A stretch of DNA of 64,000 bases, from the NCBI GenBank assembly GCA_963823845.1, contig CAWGND010000008.1:729124-793123 (forward strand), in the 5' to 3' direction. The stretch's first letter is position 1. Every line of letters begins with the position of its first letter. Shown in pieces: positions 7,222 to 17,388 of the stretch. Below the pieces are notes generated by a model. It saw nothing but the letters and a program-made list of their open reading frames with translations, searched no databases and was not told the DNA's origin. The position numbers and the translations under genes are program-made. Origin of the DNA: Terriglobales bacterium (GTDB lineage Bacteria; Acidobacteriota; Terriglobia; Terriglobales; Acidobacteriaceae).

Positions 7222-8250
7222 ATGTACTTCATCGGACTGGATGTACACAAGAAGACGATCAGCTATTGCGTGAAGGACGCGGCTGGCCGTGTGCACTAGG
7301 AAGGCAAGATCGGATCAAGCAGGCGCGAGCTGGATGCGTGGATCAGCACACTACCTCAGCCGCGAACGATTGCCATGGAAGCGACCTTCACAGGCTGGAT
7401 CTACGATCACCTGCTTCCGCATGCAGATCAGGTGAAGGTTGCGCACCGCTGATGCTGCGGGCGATCGCCGCGGCCAAGAAAGAAGAACGACAAGATCGAT
7501 GCCGGCAAGATCGCCGACTGCCTGCGATGCGACTTCCTGCCCGAGTGCCACATGGCTTCGACCGAGATCCGGAATCGGCGCCGCACGCTGCGCTACCGTA
7601 GTCTGGTGGTCAAGCAGATGGTGCAGATGAAGAACCGTGTCTCCGGCCTGTTGATGGAGACCGGGGTCAGCTACAACAAGCAGCGGCTGCACAAGGCCGG
7701 CTACTTCGCCGAATTACTCACGACCAACGAAGAGGTAAACGAGAGCATACGGCCGCTGCTGAAGCTGAGCAGGGAGATGATCTGCCGTTCGCAGAAGCTC
7801 GATTATGCGCTGGTCAGTTCGCTCGAGCGCGATCCGCTTCTGAAGGAACGGCTACGGCGGCTTCGGACCGTGCCCGGGGTGGGGCCGATCACGGCCCTGA
7901 CGTGGGCTCTGGAGATCGGAGACGTCACACGTTTCACTTCGATCAAGCAAGCGATCAGCTACTGCGGGCTATGCGGCGATGAGAAGAGCTCGGCCGACAA
8001 GGTGATGCGGATGCCGATTTCGAAGCAGCGCAACAAGCACATCCAGCGAGTGCTGATTGAAGCAGCCAAACTGGCGGTGCGGGAGTGCCATGAACTCGCC
8101 GTGATCCGTGCCAGAGAACTGGAAAGAGGCAACCCCAACCGAGCCACGCTGGCGGTAGCCAGGAAGATGGTCTGCTACATACTCGCGGTGGAGCGCAGGC
8201 ATCAGGACTTCGTGCCTGCCGAGAAGTTCAGCCGAACGCCGGCAGCGTAA
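7222..8250 (+). pseudogene. IS110-family (DEDD) transposase gene, inactivated
   Basis: The N-terminus MYFIGLDVHKKTISYCVKDAAGRVH is followed by an in-frame TAG at 7297-7299. Two frameshifts follow, near GCGCACCGCTGATG at about 7441-7454 and in the A-rich run at about 7477-7492. The C-terminal 232-aa ORF (7552-8250) carries the Transposase_20-type region (LRTVPGVGPITALTWALEIGDVTRFTS...YCGLCGDEKSSADK). Confidence 0.88.
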
Positions 8251-8588
8251 AAGCCTTTCCTAATAAAGAGGGGGCAAAAACATCAGGATTCATCGATGCG
8301 CAGACTGCCAGGTCCCGCCGATTGCCGACTGGGCGAAGGAAGAGATTCCAGGGGCCCCTACGAATTGTTTCGGGACTGGCAGAGAACACAAACTCAATCA
8401 TCTGTGACGGCTCTTCGGAGCCCGAGACAGCAAATGGATGTCCGGTTCTGCATGGGCAGGAACCACCCGCCGAGAGGCACCCGTTGCGCTATGAGGCATC
8501 CTGATCAGATCGAATGCGCGCTCTCCTGAACGCGCCCAGAAATCTCGTGCTTTTCGCTTGACTTTGACTGGGTCGAAAATCGCGTTCG

Positions 8589-8981
8589 TCAGGCCGGATC
8601 TCCTATAGGTTCGACTCGGTAGCCAAGCATTCTGAGTTTCCGGATCATTCTTGCCGTGTGGCGTTGTTGGGACTGTTTCGACACTGCAGGACCGCGTTCT
8701 TCATACGGAACGCCGTTGTGCAGAATTATCCAGATTAAGTGGCAGAGGCGATTCGCAACTACTCCGATTGTTTTGTTATGTCCCAGGCGTGGAACGAGAC
8801 GACGGTACACGATCTCGAAGATGCTCCCCTTGCGTTTGACTGCAGCATTCGCAGCTTGATTGAGAATACGGCGCATCTGGCGGTTGCCCTTCGGCGAGTG
8901 CCGGCTGCGGTTCACACCCGCGCTCTCTTCCTTTCCTGGGCATGCTCCTACCCACGAGGAGAGCTTTTTGGCGGCCGAGCT
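8589..8981 (-). pseudogene. IS110/IS1111-family transposase, C-terminal remnant only
   Basis: The minus-strand translation reads AAKKLSSWVGACPGKEESAGVNRSRHSPKGNRQMRRILNQAANAAVKRKGSIFEIVYRRLVPRLGHNKTIGVVANRLCHLIWIIL, which matches the conserved C-terminal third of IS110-family transposases. No N-terminal DEDD part is present. The similarity begins directly after the ClC gene stop codon. Confidence 0.8.
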
Positions 8982-10469
8982 CTACTTTCTCGCAACCGAA
9001 GCGACCCTGGTCTGGCCGACTGCAGTCGGAGTCGCGGCCTGCTGCTCCAGCATGCGGCGCTTCAGGGTTTCGTAAATAGGTTCGCTCTTAAGCAGCATCG
9101 CAACCACCATGGCCATCAGCGAAGCACCTAGCAAGCTGAGGGTCAGGTCGCCGCGTCCGGTCATTTCAACAGTAAGCACGATCCCCGTCAGCGGCGCGCG
9201 AACACTGGCCGAGAACAGCGCCGCCATCCCAACGACCGCACAGGCGACCGCTGAGAGACCAAGCAGAGGTATGGAGTGATTCAGGACTCCGGCGAAGAGC
9301 GCGCCGGAGGAGGCGCCCAGCACCAAGAGCGGGGCAAAGATACCACCCGGCACACCTGCGGCATAGGACCACGGGCCAAGGAGAAAGCGCACGAGAAATA
9401 CCGTTAGCAGCCCGCCTACTGCATTGGGATCGGCGAGTATGGCTTGCGTCAGCACCTCACCGCCTCCAACTAAAGCCGGCACAAACCATGCGGCGAGTCC
9501 CACCGTGGCCCCTATGATGGCCGCGCGGTGTATCGACGAGAGGTTGGGTAATCGGTCCGCCAAACGAAGCAGGCCGACTGTGCAGGCGTTATAGACAGCG
9601 CCGACAGCGCCCAGCAACGCGCCCAGAACAAGAAACGGCCCAACCCTCCAGACCTGAGTCAGGCTGACGTGCGTGACCGTGAAATCCAGGGCGTTGCCTA
9701 ACATCAATCGCATGATCCAGACAGCGACCAGTGCAGCAGCCAGCGTGGCCACCATGAGCCAGGGCGTAAAACTACTGGTCAGTTCCTCGAAGACAAAGAT
9801 GGACCCCCCGATGGGAGCGTTGAATGCGACAGCGAGTCCTGCGCCCGCACCTGCCGCCTCAATAGCCCTCACGTCTTCGTCGTCTCTTATGAGAAAGTGC
9901 GTGATCAACCAGCTAATCGAGGCGCCCATCTGCACGGTCGGGCCCTCGCGGCCGAGAGCAAGGCCGGAGCCGATAGCGAGCAGGCCGCCGAAGAATTTGA
10001 CGGACACGATAGCGTGGGGAGCGTGCTCCACTTCGCCGCTGAAAATGGCTTCTACCCGTTGTATGCCGCTGCCCTCTGCCGTGGGCGCAATCCGAACCAC
10101 CAGGATGCGCGCCACAGCGGCACCCACAAGCCCCAGCGCGACCGGCGCCAGCCAGCCAATGCGGGGCCACCTGTGTGCCCATGCGATGAGCACGCCACGC
10201 CAGCTATTGGCGGCTATCAGTAAGTAGCGGAATGCGCCGCCGACTAATCCGATAAGGACGCCCGCGAGGATGCTGGCGGTTGAGATGCGGATTACACGCG
10301 AATTCAGGACGTCATGAGAGAAAAGCAGTCGCCAGTCCTCCGTTGTCAATTTCCGCACGAGACGAGCGATCCTCTCCTTTTCTGCGTTCGACTCTAACAT
10401 GAACCCCTTCGCGGCAGTCTGTAATGCGATCTTGATCTGGTGATTCTCCCTCTTCGCCTTTCGCTCCAA
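8982..10469 (-). CDS. ClC-family chloride channel / H+-Cl- exchanger
   Basis: 495 aa, polytopic. The ClC selectivity motifs are present: EGSGIQ, GREGPTVQMGA and GGIFAPLLVLG. Confidence 0.9.
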   Translation of the reverse strand: MERKAKRENHQIKIALQTAAKGFMLESNAEKERIARLVRKLTTEDWRLLFSHDVLNSRVIRISTASILAGVLIGLVGGAFRYLLIAANSWRGVLIAWAHRWPRIGWLAPVALGLVGAAVARILVVRIAPTAEGSGIQRVEAIFSGEVEHAPHAIVSVKFFGGLLAIGSGLALGREGPTVQMGASISWLITHFLIRDDEDVRAIEAAGAGAGLAVAFNAPIGGSIFVFEELTSSFTPWLMVATLAAALVAVWIMRLMLGNALDFTVTHVSLTQVWRVGPFLVLGALLGAVGAVYNACTVGLLRLADRLPNLSSIHRAAIIGATVGLAAWFVPALVGGGEVLTQAILADPNAVGGLLTVFLVRFLLGPWSYAAGVPGGIFAPLLVLGASSGALFAGVLNHSIPLLGLSAVACAVVGMAALFSASVRAPLTGIVLTVEMTGRGDLTLSLLGASLMAMVVAMLLKSEPIYETLKRRMLEQQAATPTAVGQTRVASVARK

Positions 10470-10949
10470 TTAGAAGAACCTTTCCCCAGAATCGTCCAAG
10501 CATGCTGAGCGACTGAATGGAGAGGGCAACCACCGATTGGCCCTTTCGAGCAACTATGCAAATCGCTCCTGGATTGTTGACAAACCGGAAACATGCCGCC
10601 GAACGGCGACCGTGAATTGTGTCGTAGTGCCTGCAAAACGGGATTACTTCCGGTTTGCCGGTGACCTGCCCGGAACCCCGAAAGCGGCTTGAGGGTGGTT
10701 CTCGATTCGCGCTAGAGGCGTACCCTTGCAGGCAATATGAACTCCAAACGAAATAGGCCAATAAGCGTTACGCTGATCGCTCTCGCATTCTTGTCGAACG
10801 GGTACGGCGGCAGGGAGGGCTGGTCTCCGCTCATTCCGTTAGTGCCCTGAATCAGCAGCCAGTCCATGACAGCAAGCATACTGAATGTCGTGCGCACACC
10901 AAGCGACTGATTGCGCAACTTAGGCCAATGAACTACTGTGAACGGCGGG

Positions 10950-12323
10950 TTACTTCGCATCCTTCCGCATCCACGCAGGCGCCCTGCATAACGGATCGCC
11001 AATCACGACATCTTCCCAGCCCACAAATCGCGAAGCCGCATACAAGCTCTCCGCCAGCGTGAACCCCGAGGTGTATCGCTCCATCGTCACCGAAGGTGAC
11101 GCAATTGCCTGCAAAAGCGGTTCGTCCGTATACCCCTTCACGCCAGTAATTCCATGCGCAATCAGATCCGCGATCAGGGACTGTCCTCCCGTCGTCGGTA
11201 GAAACGTCCGCGCACTTGTGGACACCGCAGTATCCCCAATAGATCCCGGCGCAAATCGCAGCGATTCATATGCTTTCTCGTTGTAGTTGGGGTCATTGCT
11301 GCCCCACGAAAAATACCCCAGCAGATTCGAGCGATCGCCGACAAACACATCGCTTCTATCAAGTTCCGTCGGAATCTTTCGTGCAATCAGCAGATCCCCG
11401 GCCTTCACCATATCCGCATTCCAGGAACCATAATCCGACTCGTCCGAAATCGGTCCCGTCACAGCCAAAGGCTGGCCGGCCACATCCGCACTATTGAACT
11501 TGAAAATAGGCTGCACATCGAGCAGCGCCTTGCCACCATGAACATTCCCCATCGTCTCGGTCTCCACGGCCAGCGACCGCGTCACGAGCGCCTCCGCGTC
11601 CGACTGCGTGTAGCCATCGAGGCGCATTACCAGATAACCGCCAAATGCCGCATGACTGAAGGGTACGTCCTGATTCCAGTACCGGTTCAACCACCCAAAT
11701 CCATCCGCGCCCGACCCATGAATGCTGATCTTCACCGCACTCTTGATCAACCCATAATCCATCGCCGCAAGATAGCTATCAACCGAGGGATGAAGATTTC
11801 CAGTCGTGTGCTCATCCCGCGAACCAGTCTCTCCACCATCGATGCGAATCGGCACGCCTTTCGTCAACACAAGGAAGTTGATCTCTTGATGCCGCGAAAG
11901 AAACTCCCAGACCGGGCCGGCAATCTCACGTTCGTAATCCGCCAGCGAAATCGTCTCATGGGTGTTGCTCACTGCAGAGTCTGCGCAATGAATCGCAACT
12001 GCGTTTGTTACCCTGCGCTTACTCGCATATTCCTTCGCAATCGCCGTGGAAACCGGACTGTCAGCGTTATACACGAGCAATACTTCGCCGGCTGTATGGC
12101 GGGCACTCGCTGTCGGCAACGAAGCTCCATAACCATATAAGACAGCAACGAAGACCAATATAACTGTCAGTCTGAAAAAGGGAGTCGCACGAATCAAGAA
12201 AAGCCTCCACCACGTCGTCCTCGCGAATGCGCAGTGGTCAAAATTATAGAGATCACCTTGGGTTTGCGGTAAATCGAGCCCCGAGACTGGGCACGGGCAG
12301 CAGCCCAGACACTGTCTCCGCAC
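10950..12323 (-). CDS. Uncharacterised secreted/anchored protein. It resembles the TIGR03790 family from memory; the start codon is uncertain.
   Basis: 457 aa. It has an N-terminal hydrophobic anchor ending ...LPTASA. Other motifs are LLVYNADSPVSTAIAKEYASKRRV, LLGYFSWGSNDPNY and GVKGYTDEPLLQAI...VVIGDPLCRA. Confidence 0.6.
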   Translation of the reverse strand: MRRQCLGCCPCPVSGLDLPQTQGDLYNFDHCAFARTTWWRLFLIRATPFFRLTVILVFVAVLYGYGASLPTASARHTAGEVLLVYNADSPVSTAIAKEYASKRRVTNAVAIHCADSAVSNTHETISLADYEREIAGPVWEFLSRHQEINFLVLTKGVPIRIDGGETGSRDEHTTGNLHPSVDSYLAAMDYGLIKSAVKISIHGSGADGFGWLNRYWNQDVPFSHAAFGGYLVMRLDGYTQSDAEALVTRSLAVETETMGNVHGGKALLDVQPIFKFNSADVAGQPLAVTGPISDESDYGSWNADMVKAGDLLIARKIPTELDRSDVFVGDRSNLLGYFSWGSNDPNYNEKAYESLRFAPGSIGDTAVSTSARTFLPTTGGQSLIADLIAHGITGVKGYTDEPLLQAIASPSVTMERYTSGFTLAESLYAASRFVGWEDVVIGDPLCRAPAWMRKDAK

Positions 12324-12705
12324 TGTCGGGGCAACATGATGAAGGCCTTGTCGAATCCCGCGAGGAGCTCGGCCTCAACTGAGACCCCGAAAGCGACTCG
12401 CAAGCCGGATTGGTGGAGAGTGCCACGACCTGAGATTGTCTGTTGCAGGCGGATTTGCAATTCCGGGTGGATGGTGGCCAACTCGGACATAACCCCAAGT
12501 CCGGGTTCTGTCCTTGCAGCCGGAGCCGATCAGTGTGGCATACTGTCCAAGCGAAATCGCAAACTAGTTCAACAGGTTGGAACAATCAACGGTTTTCCAA
12601 GATGCTGTAGATAGCGGCTAGAATTCTCCCGGCGATGCACGACTCCGGACAGGACCGCCTTGCTGGTTGAACGGAGCCTTTCTGGATGTTTGGGAAAATA
12701 TCCCA

Positions 12706-15414
12706 ATGAGCGAAGCAGACATCTCCCATTACCGCGGATTAGTGAAGATCGGCGGCGGCGGCATGGGCGTGGTCTATAAGGCCGAAGACACGCTCCTTGG
12801 ACGCTTTGTCGCGCTCAAGTTTCTGCCCGATAATTTCGCTAATGACAGAGCGACCGTAGAGCGCTTCCGTCGCGAGGCGCGTGCCGCTTCAGCCCTGAAT
12901 CATCCCAACATTTGCACCATTCATGAGATCGCCGAAGTCGATGGGCGCCTGTTTATCGCCATGGAATTCCTCGACGGCGAAACCTTGAAGAGCCTGATCC
13001 AAAACGGCCCTCTACCCCCCGAAAAGCTGCTTCAAATTGCCATCGACATTACCGACGCGCTCGACGCCGCGCATGAAAAGGGAATCATTCATCGCGACAT
13101 CAAGCCGGCGAACATCTTCGTGACCAGACGAGGCAGCGCCAAGATCCTTGACTTTGGCCTGGCCAAATTGGTGCCCCGCAAAGAGCTCGCCTACGACTCG
13201 TCCCAATCCGGTGCTGAATCTCTTCAGCTCACTGACGGCCTCGGCGCAGCTCTAGGCACCGCGGCTTACATGTCCCCTGAGCAGGCATTGGGCAAGCCCC
13301 TCGATCAGCGGACCGATCTGTTTTCTTTCGGCATCGTACTCTACGAGATGTGCACCGGCCGGTCGCCCTTTTCCGGAGACACCACCGGAGAGCTCCTGAT
13401 CTCAATCGTGCAGCAGGTTCCGGTCACGCCCGCTCAGCTCAATCCCGATATTCCGGCCACCCTGGCAGGAATCATCGACCTCTGTCTCGAGAAAAACCCC
13501 GAATACCGTTATCAGCACGCCTCGGAAATCCGCGCCGACCTGAAGAGACTACAACTCAATCTCTCGGGAGAACCTCCCGCTCACCGCGTGCCGCCTCGAA
13601 CAATGAAACCGGCTAGCGAACCGTCAAGGTCACCATCAAGATCAAGGATAAGCAGCCAGCCAGAATCCACGCGCTCAATTCTGCGCCGGCGCTGGCCGCT
13701 CACTCTCGCAGCAGTTCTTGTGCTGCTCGCGGGCGTCTTCGTCTACTTCTGGACGCGCCCCCTGCCACCACCGAAAGTCTCGAATTATGTTCAGCTCACC
13801 CAGGACGGTGAGCCGAAGATTCTGGAAGCAACCGACGGGCTGCGCCTTTATCTTGCCATTAGAACCCCTTCCAACTGGAAGATCGCGGAAATATCCGCCT
13901 CAGGTGGGGATCCGATCCCGATCCCCATCCCCTCCGAAGGCCTGACGCCGCTCAGCGTTTCTCCCGATGGATCCAAGCTTCTCGCCATCGACTTGTCGGG
14001 GATCCTCTGGAGTCTGCCGACACTCGGTGGTGCGCCTCAGCGCCTGCCAAATACTTTTTCATTGGTCGCGTCTGAAACGGCTGTCTGGTCTCCAGACGGA
14101 AAGATGCTGGCATACTGCCACGGGAACGACTTGTTTCTGGCAAGAAGCGATGGCACCGAAGCCCGCAAGCTGGTCACCGTCCCAGGTCTGCCTTACGACC
14201 CCCAGTTTTCGCCCGATGAGACGAAGCTACGATTCAGCATAAGTGATCCAAAGTCGGGCGACCGCGCCCTCTGGGAGATCTCCGCGCAAGGAACAAACCC
14301 GCACCCGCTACTTCCAGGTCTGCATACGCCGGCGGACGAGGAACACGGCAAGTGGACTCCGGACGGAAAGTACTTCGTCTTCCATTCAAAGGGACAGATC
14401 TGGGTCTTTCCGGAAAAGACAGGTTTCATTCGCAGATCCATTGGAACGCCGATCAGATTGACTGATAGCCCGCTCAACCTAGATTCGCCACTCCCCAGCA
14501 AAGACGGCAAGAAACTCTTCATGGTGGGCCACAGGCTGTTGGGCGAACTAGTGCGCTATGACGCGAAGTCTGGAGAGTTCCTGCCCGTTCTTTCCGGAAT
14601 CTCGGCGGAATTCGTTTCATTCTCGAAGGACGGCCAATGGGTGGCATACGTCACCTATCCCGACGGCGTCCTCTGGCGAAGCAAGGTGGATGGGAGCGGG
14701 CGTCAACCCCTCAGCAATGCGGGGATGTATGCCAAGCTGCCGCGTTGGTCTCCGGACGGCAAGCGCATCGTCTTCTACGGCTGGGACCTGGAAGGCGAAC
14801 TGCAGGTCGACAATCGGATCAGCACCTCAGGACAACCCTATAAGGTGTACGTAGTTTCTCGCGACGGTGGGGTCCCGGAGCAATTGATCCCCAATGATCC
14901 CGATCCCCAAAGTGACCCTAACTGGTCGCCTGACGGCGACAAGATTGTCTTCGCCGGCAGTGTGGATACGGAGTCCTCAGTGATCCGTGTGCTCGACTTG
15001 GCAAGCCACGAAATCTCCACCCTTCCGGAGTCCCAGGAATATTACTCTCCACGCTGGTCACCCGACGGACAACACATTGCGGCCTTGTCGGCAAAGACCG
15101 ACGGTATCTTTCTCTTCGATCTCCGGACACGAAAGTGGTCAGAGCTGACACAAATGTCAGCCGGCTTCCCTAGCTGGTCAGCAGATGGAAGACATTTATA
15201 TTTCTTTAGTCGAGTACCGAACCGAGCAGTACTCCGGATCGGCATTATCGACCGCAAAGTGGAACTCGTGACCGATCTCAAGGACTTGCCGACTACCGGG
15301 TATTGGAGCACCTCAGTGACCCTGACGCCTGACGACTCCCCACTGCTGCTCCGCAACAAGGGCACCCAGGATATCTATTCCCTCGACTGGGCAACCGCCG
15401 AATCCGCGCAGTGA
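12706..15414 (+). CDS. Ser/Thr protein kinase with a TM segment and a C-terminal TolB-like (PD40/WD40-like) beta-propeller
   Basis: Kinase motifs are [33 protein letters not shown] and AAYMSPEQ. The TM segment is [18 protein letters not shown]. Repeated W/FSPDG(K) motifs lie in the C-terminal half. I prefer the ATG at 12706 over the listed alternative start at 12667. Confidence 0.9.
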   Translation: MSEADISHYRGLVKIGGGGMGVVYKAEDTLLGRFVALKFLPDNFANDRATVERFRREARAASALNHPNICTIHEIAEVDGRLFIAMEFLDGETLKSLIQNGPLPPEKLLQIAIDITDALDAAHEKGIIHRDIKPANIFVTRRGSAKILDFGLAKLVPRKELAYDSSQSGAESLQLTDGLGAALGTAAYMSPEQALGKPLDQRTDLFSFGIVLYEMCTGRSPFSGDTTGELLISIVQQVPVTPAQLNPDIPATLAGIIDLCLEKNPEYRYQHASEIRADLKRLQLNLSGEPPAHRVPPRTMKPASEPSRSPSRSRISSQPESTRSILRRRWPLTLAAVLVLLAGVFVYFWTRPLPPPKVSNYVQLTQDGEPKILEATDGLRLYLAIRTPSNWKIAEISASGGDPIPIPIPSEGLTPLSVSPDGSKLLAIDLSGILWSLPTLGGAPQRLPNTFSLVASETAVWSPDGKMLAYCHGNDLFLARSDGTEARKLVTVPGLPYDPQFSPDETKLRFSISDPKSGDRALWEISAQGTNPHPLLPGLHTPADEEHGKWTPDGKYFVFHSKGQIWVFPEKTGFIRRSIGTPIRLTDSPLNLDSPLPSKDGKKLFMVGHRLLGELVRYDAKSGEFLPVLSGISAEFVSFSKDGQWVAYVTYPDGVLWRSKVDGSGRQPLSNAGMYAKLPRWSPDGKRIVFYGWDLEGELQVDNRISTSGQPYKVYVVSRDGGVPEQLIPNDPDPQSDPNWSPDGDKIVFAGSVDTESSVIRVLDLASHEISTLPESQEYYSPRWSPDGQHIAALSAKTDGIFLFDLRTRKWSELTQMSAGFPSWSADGRHLYFFSRVPNRAVLRIGIIDRKVELVTDLKDLPTTGYWSTSVTLTPDDSPLLLRNKGTQDIYSLDWATAESAQ

Positions 15415-15498
15415 GGTTCCCCTCAGTTGCGACGCCCACTCGCTTCTGAAACCGTAAACAGCATCTGAGATTCTCCCCGGATTTGCGAGAATACCTCC

Positions 15499-15639
15499 CT
15501 GAGCGAAGCGAGCATCTTTCATTACCGCAACCTGGAAAAGATCGGCGACGGTGGGGTAGGAGTCGTCTGTAAGGCTGAGGACATCTGGATATCCGACAAC
15601 GCAATCGCGATCTGTGTTTTGCCTACCACGTCCCATTTC
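15499..15639 (+). pseudogene. Relic of the N-terminus of a paralogous Ser/Thr kinase gene
   Basis: (L)SEASIFHYRNLEKIGDGGVGVVCKAEDIWISDNAIAICVLPTTSHF aligns with [44 protein letters not shown] of the gene just upstream. The ATG has become CTG. No kinase body follows, and the frame runs into the 3' end of the SulP gene. Confidence 0.6.
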
Positions 15640-15654
15640 GTTGGGCCAATTTGT

Positions 15655-17316
15655 TTAACCCTGTTGGCGGTTCTCGAAAGCGGCCAACGCATCATGCAGT
15701 CTGCTGAAAATCCGCGAGGGAACGATGACCTCGGTCAGGTGATGCCGGGCAAAGTCCGCTTGTAGCTCCCAGGACATCCGGGCAAAGCCTAATTCGATCC
15801 CACCCCTGGACAGGTTCTGCTGCAATTCGCGTAGAATGCGCGCTGCCGAGTAATCCAAACGTGCGATCGCCTCGGCATCGACAATCAACCAGCGGACTTG
15901 CGAAGGGGGTTGTCCCACGAGACAACTCACTTCTTCCGCGAACCTGTTGGTATTTGCGTAGAAGAGCGACGCGCCAAAGCGGTACATGACCAATCCAGGT
16001 TCCGTTATCGCGCCCGGCGCAACGGGATTCAGATTCCAGGTTCCCTTCTCGTTCAGAACCATGACTCCGGTGCTCGGGTGGTAGCTGTGTTGGACGATCC
16101 GGAACAACGAGAGGACCATCGCTAGCAATATCCCCTGCTCGACACCGACTGCGACCACGACTACCGCGGTTATCACAGCCAGGAGAAACTCTCCCGGACT
16201 CTCGCGGCGGATTGCCAGCAGGGTGGGCAACTTGATGAGCCGGATCGCGATCATGAACACCAGAGCGCCAAGCACGCAGTGCGGCAGATACTTGAGAGGG
16301 CCAGTAAGAAAAAGCAGAACAAGCACGACAGTCGCTGCGGTGGCAAGTTGTGCCACCTGGCTTTGGGCGCCAGCGCTTTCGACCATCGCGGTCTGGGTAG
16401 GACTTCCGTTGACCACGAAGGTCCCGCTCAATCCGGCCATGGCATTCGCCGCGCAAAGACCGGCCAGGTCCGCGTTCTCGTCCAGTTTCTGATGATGGCG
16501 TACTGCATAGATCCTGGCGGTTGCAGCACTCTGCGTGACGATCATGATGCAGCACGATGCGGCTATGGAAATCCCCGGCGGAAGATCCCTCCAACGCAAG
16601 TCAGGGAGTCCGAGATGAGGAAGGCCACCTGCGACGGGTCCGATCACGGCTATGCCGTGCCCGCTGAAATCCCATATCCCGCTGGCGGTCACCGCTCCGA
16701 CAACCGCAATGAGCGCGCCGGGCATTCTCGGTGCAAAGCGTTGGAGCAGAAAAAGCACGCCCACAACGACAGCTGAAACGGCCAAGGTCGGCATATGGAC
16801 TTCCGGTAGCCTCCCGCAGACCTCCACCAATTGCATCACTGTCCGGCGAGCGGATACTGACACACCCAGCATCTCTCCAAGCACAGCGATTCCAACCTGG
16901 AACCCAACTCCCGTTAGAAAGCCGACAAGCACCGTCTGCGAGAGAAAGTCGGCTATGAAGCCAAGCTTGAGCAATCGCGCCAGCAGCAGGAAACCAGCGG
17001 TGAGCAGCGCAACGGCACCTGCTAGCGCGACATATCGAGCGCTAGCTGCTGGCGCCAGGCCAGAGACTCCACCGGCAAAGATGGCTGCGGTTGCAGAGTC
17101 GGCGGAAACGACCAAGTAACGCGAGGAGCCAAACGCCGCGAATCCGACTAGTGGCAACAGCAATGTATAAAGACCGGTCACGACGGGCATGCCCGCAATC
17201 TTGGTGTACCCCAAAGCTTGCGGGATATTCATGGCCGCGAGTGTGAATCCGGCAAAGCCATCACGCAAGGCGGCCGCAGGCTTCAATGGAAGTACGCCTT
17301 GAAAGAGTTTCAGCAA
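15655..17316 (-). CDS. SulP-family anion transporter with a C-terminal STAS domain
   Basis: 553 aa. The N-terminus is DGFAGFTLAAMNIPQALGYTKIAGMPVVTGLYTLLLPLVGFAAFGSSRYLVV. It has many TM segments and a soluble, STAS-like C-terminal ~130 aa. Confidence 0.9.
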   Translation of the reverse strand: MLKLFQGVLPLKPAAALRDGFAGFTLAAMNIPQALGYTKIAGMPVVTGLYTLLLPLVGFAAFGSSRYLVVSADSATAAIFAGGVSGLAPAASARYVALAGAVALLTAGFLLLARLLKLGFIADFLSQTVLVGFLTGVGFQVGIAVLGEMLGVSVSARRTVMQLVEVCGRLPEVHMPTLAVSAVVVGVLFLLQRFAPRMPGALIAVVGAVTASGIWDFSGHGIAVIGPVAGGLPHLGLPDLRWRDLPPGISIAASCCIMIVTQSAATARIYAVRHHQKLDENADLAGLCAANAMAGLSGTFVVNGSPTQTAMVESAGAQSQVAQLATAATVVLVLLFLTGPLKYLPHCVLGALVFMIAIRLIKLPTLLAIRRESPGEFLLAVITAVVVVAVGVEQGILLAMVLSLFRIVQHSYHPSTGVMVLNEKGTWNLNPVAPGAITEPGLVMYRFGASLFYANTNRFAEEVSCLVGQPPSQVRWLIVDAEAIARLDYSAARILRELQQNLSRGGIELGFARMSWELQADFARHHLTEVIVPSRIFSRLHDALAAFENRQQG

Positions 17317-17388
17317 GGTCGAGTCTCCGGGAAGGCTAGCTATCGCAAGTGGGAAGTGTACATTCTTCTGTAACCGCTTTGGGATCCC

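Noticed and set aside
10470-10949. Looked for a fluoride (crcB-motif) riboswitch or a hidden gene in the 480-nt region upstream of the ClC gene
   Set aside because: No crcB-motif-like sequence was found, and the ClC protein has the canonical chloride-type GREGP motif. The minus-strand ORF 10712-11002 has a hydrophobic stretch but no recognisable family, and it overlaps the end of the neighbouring gene. I left it unannotated.
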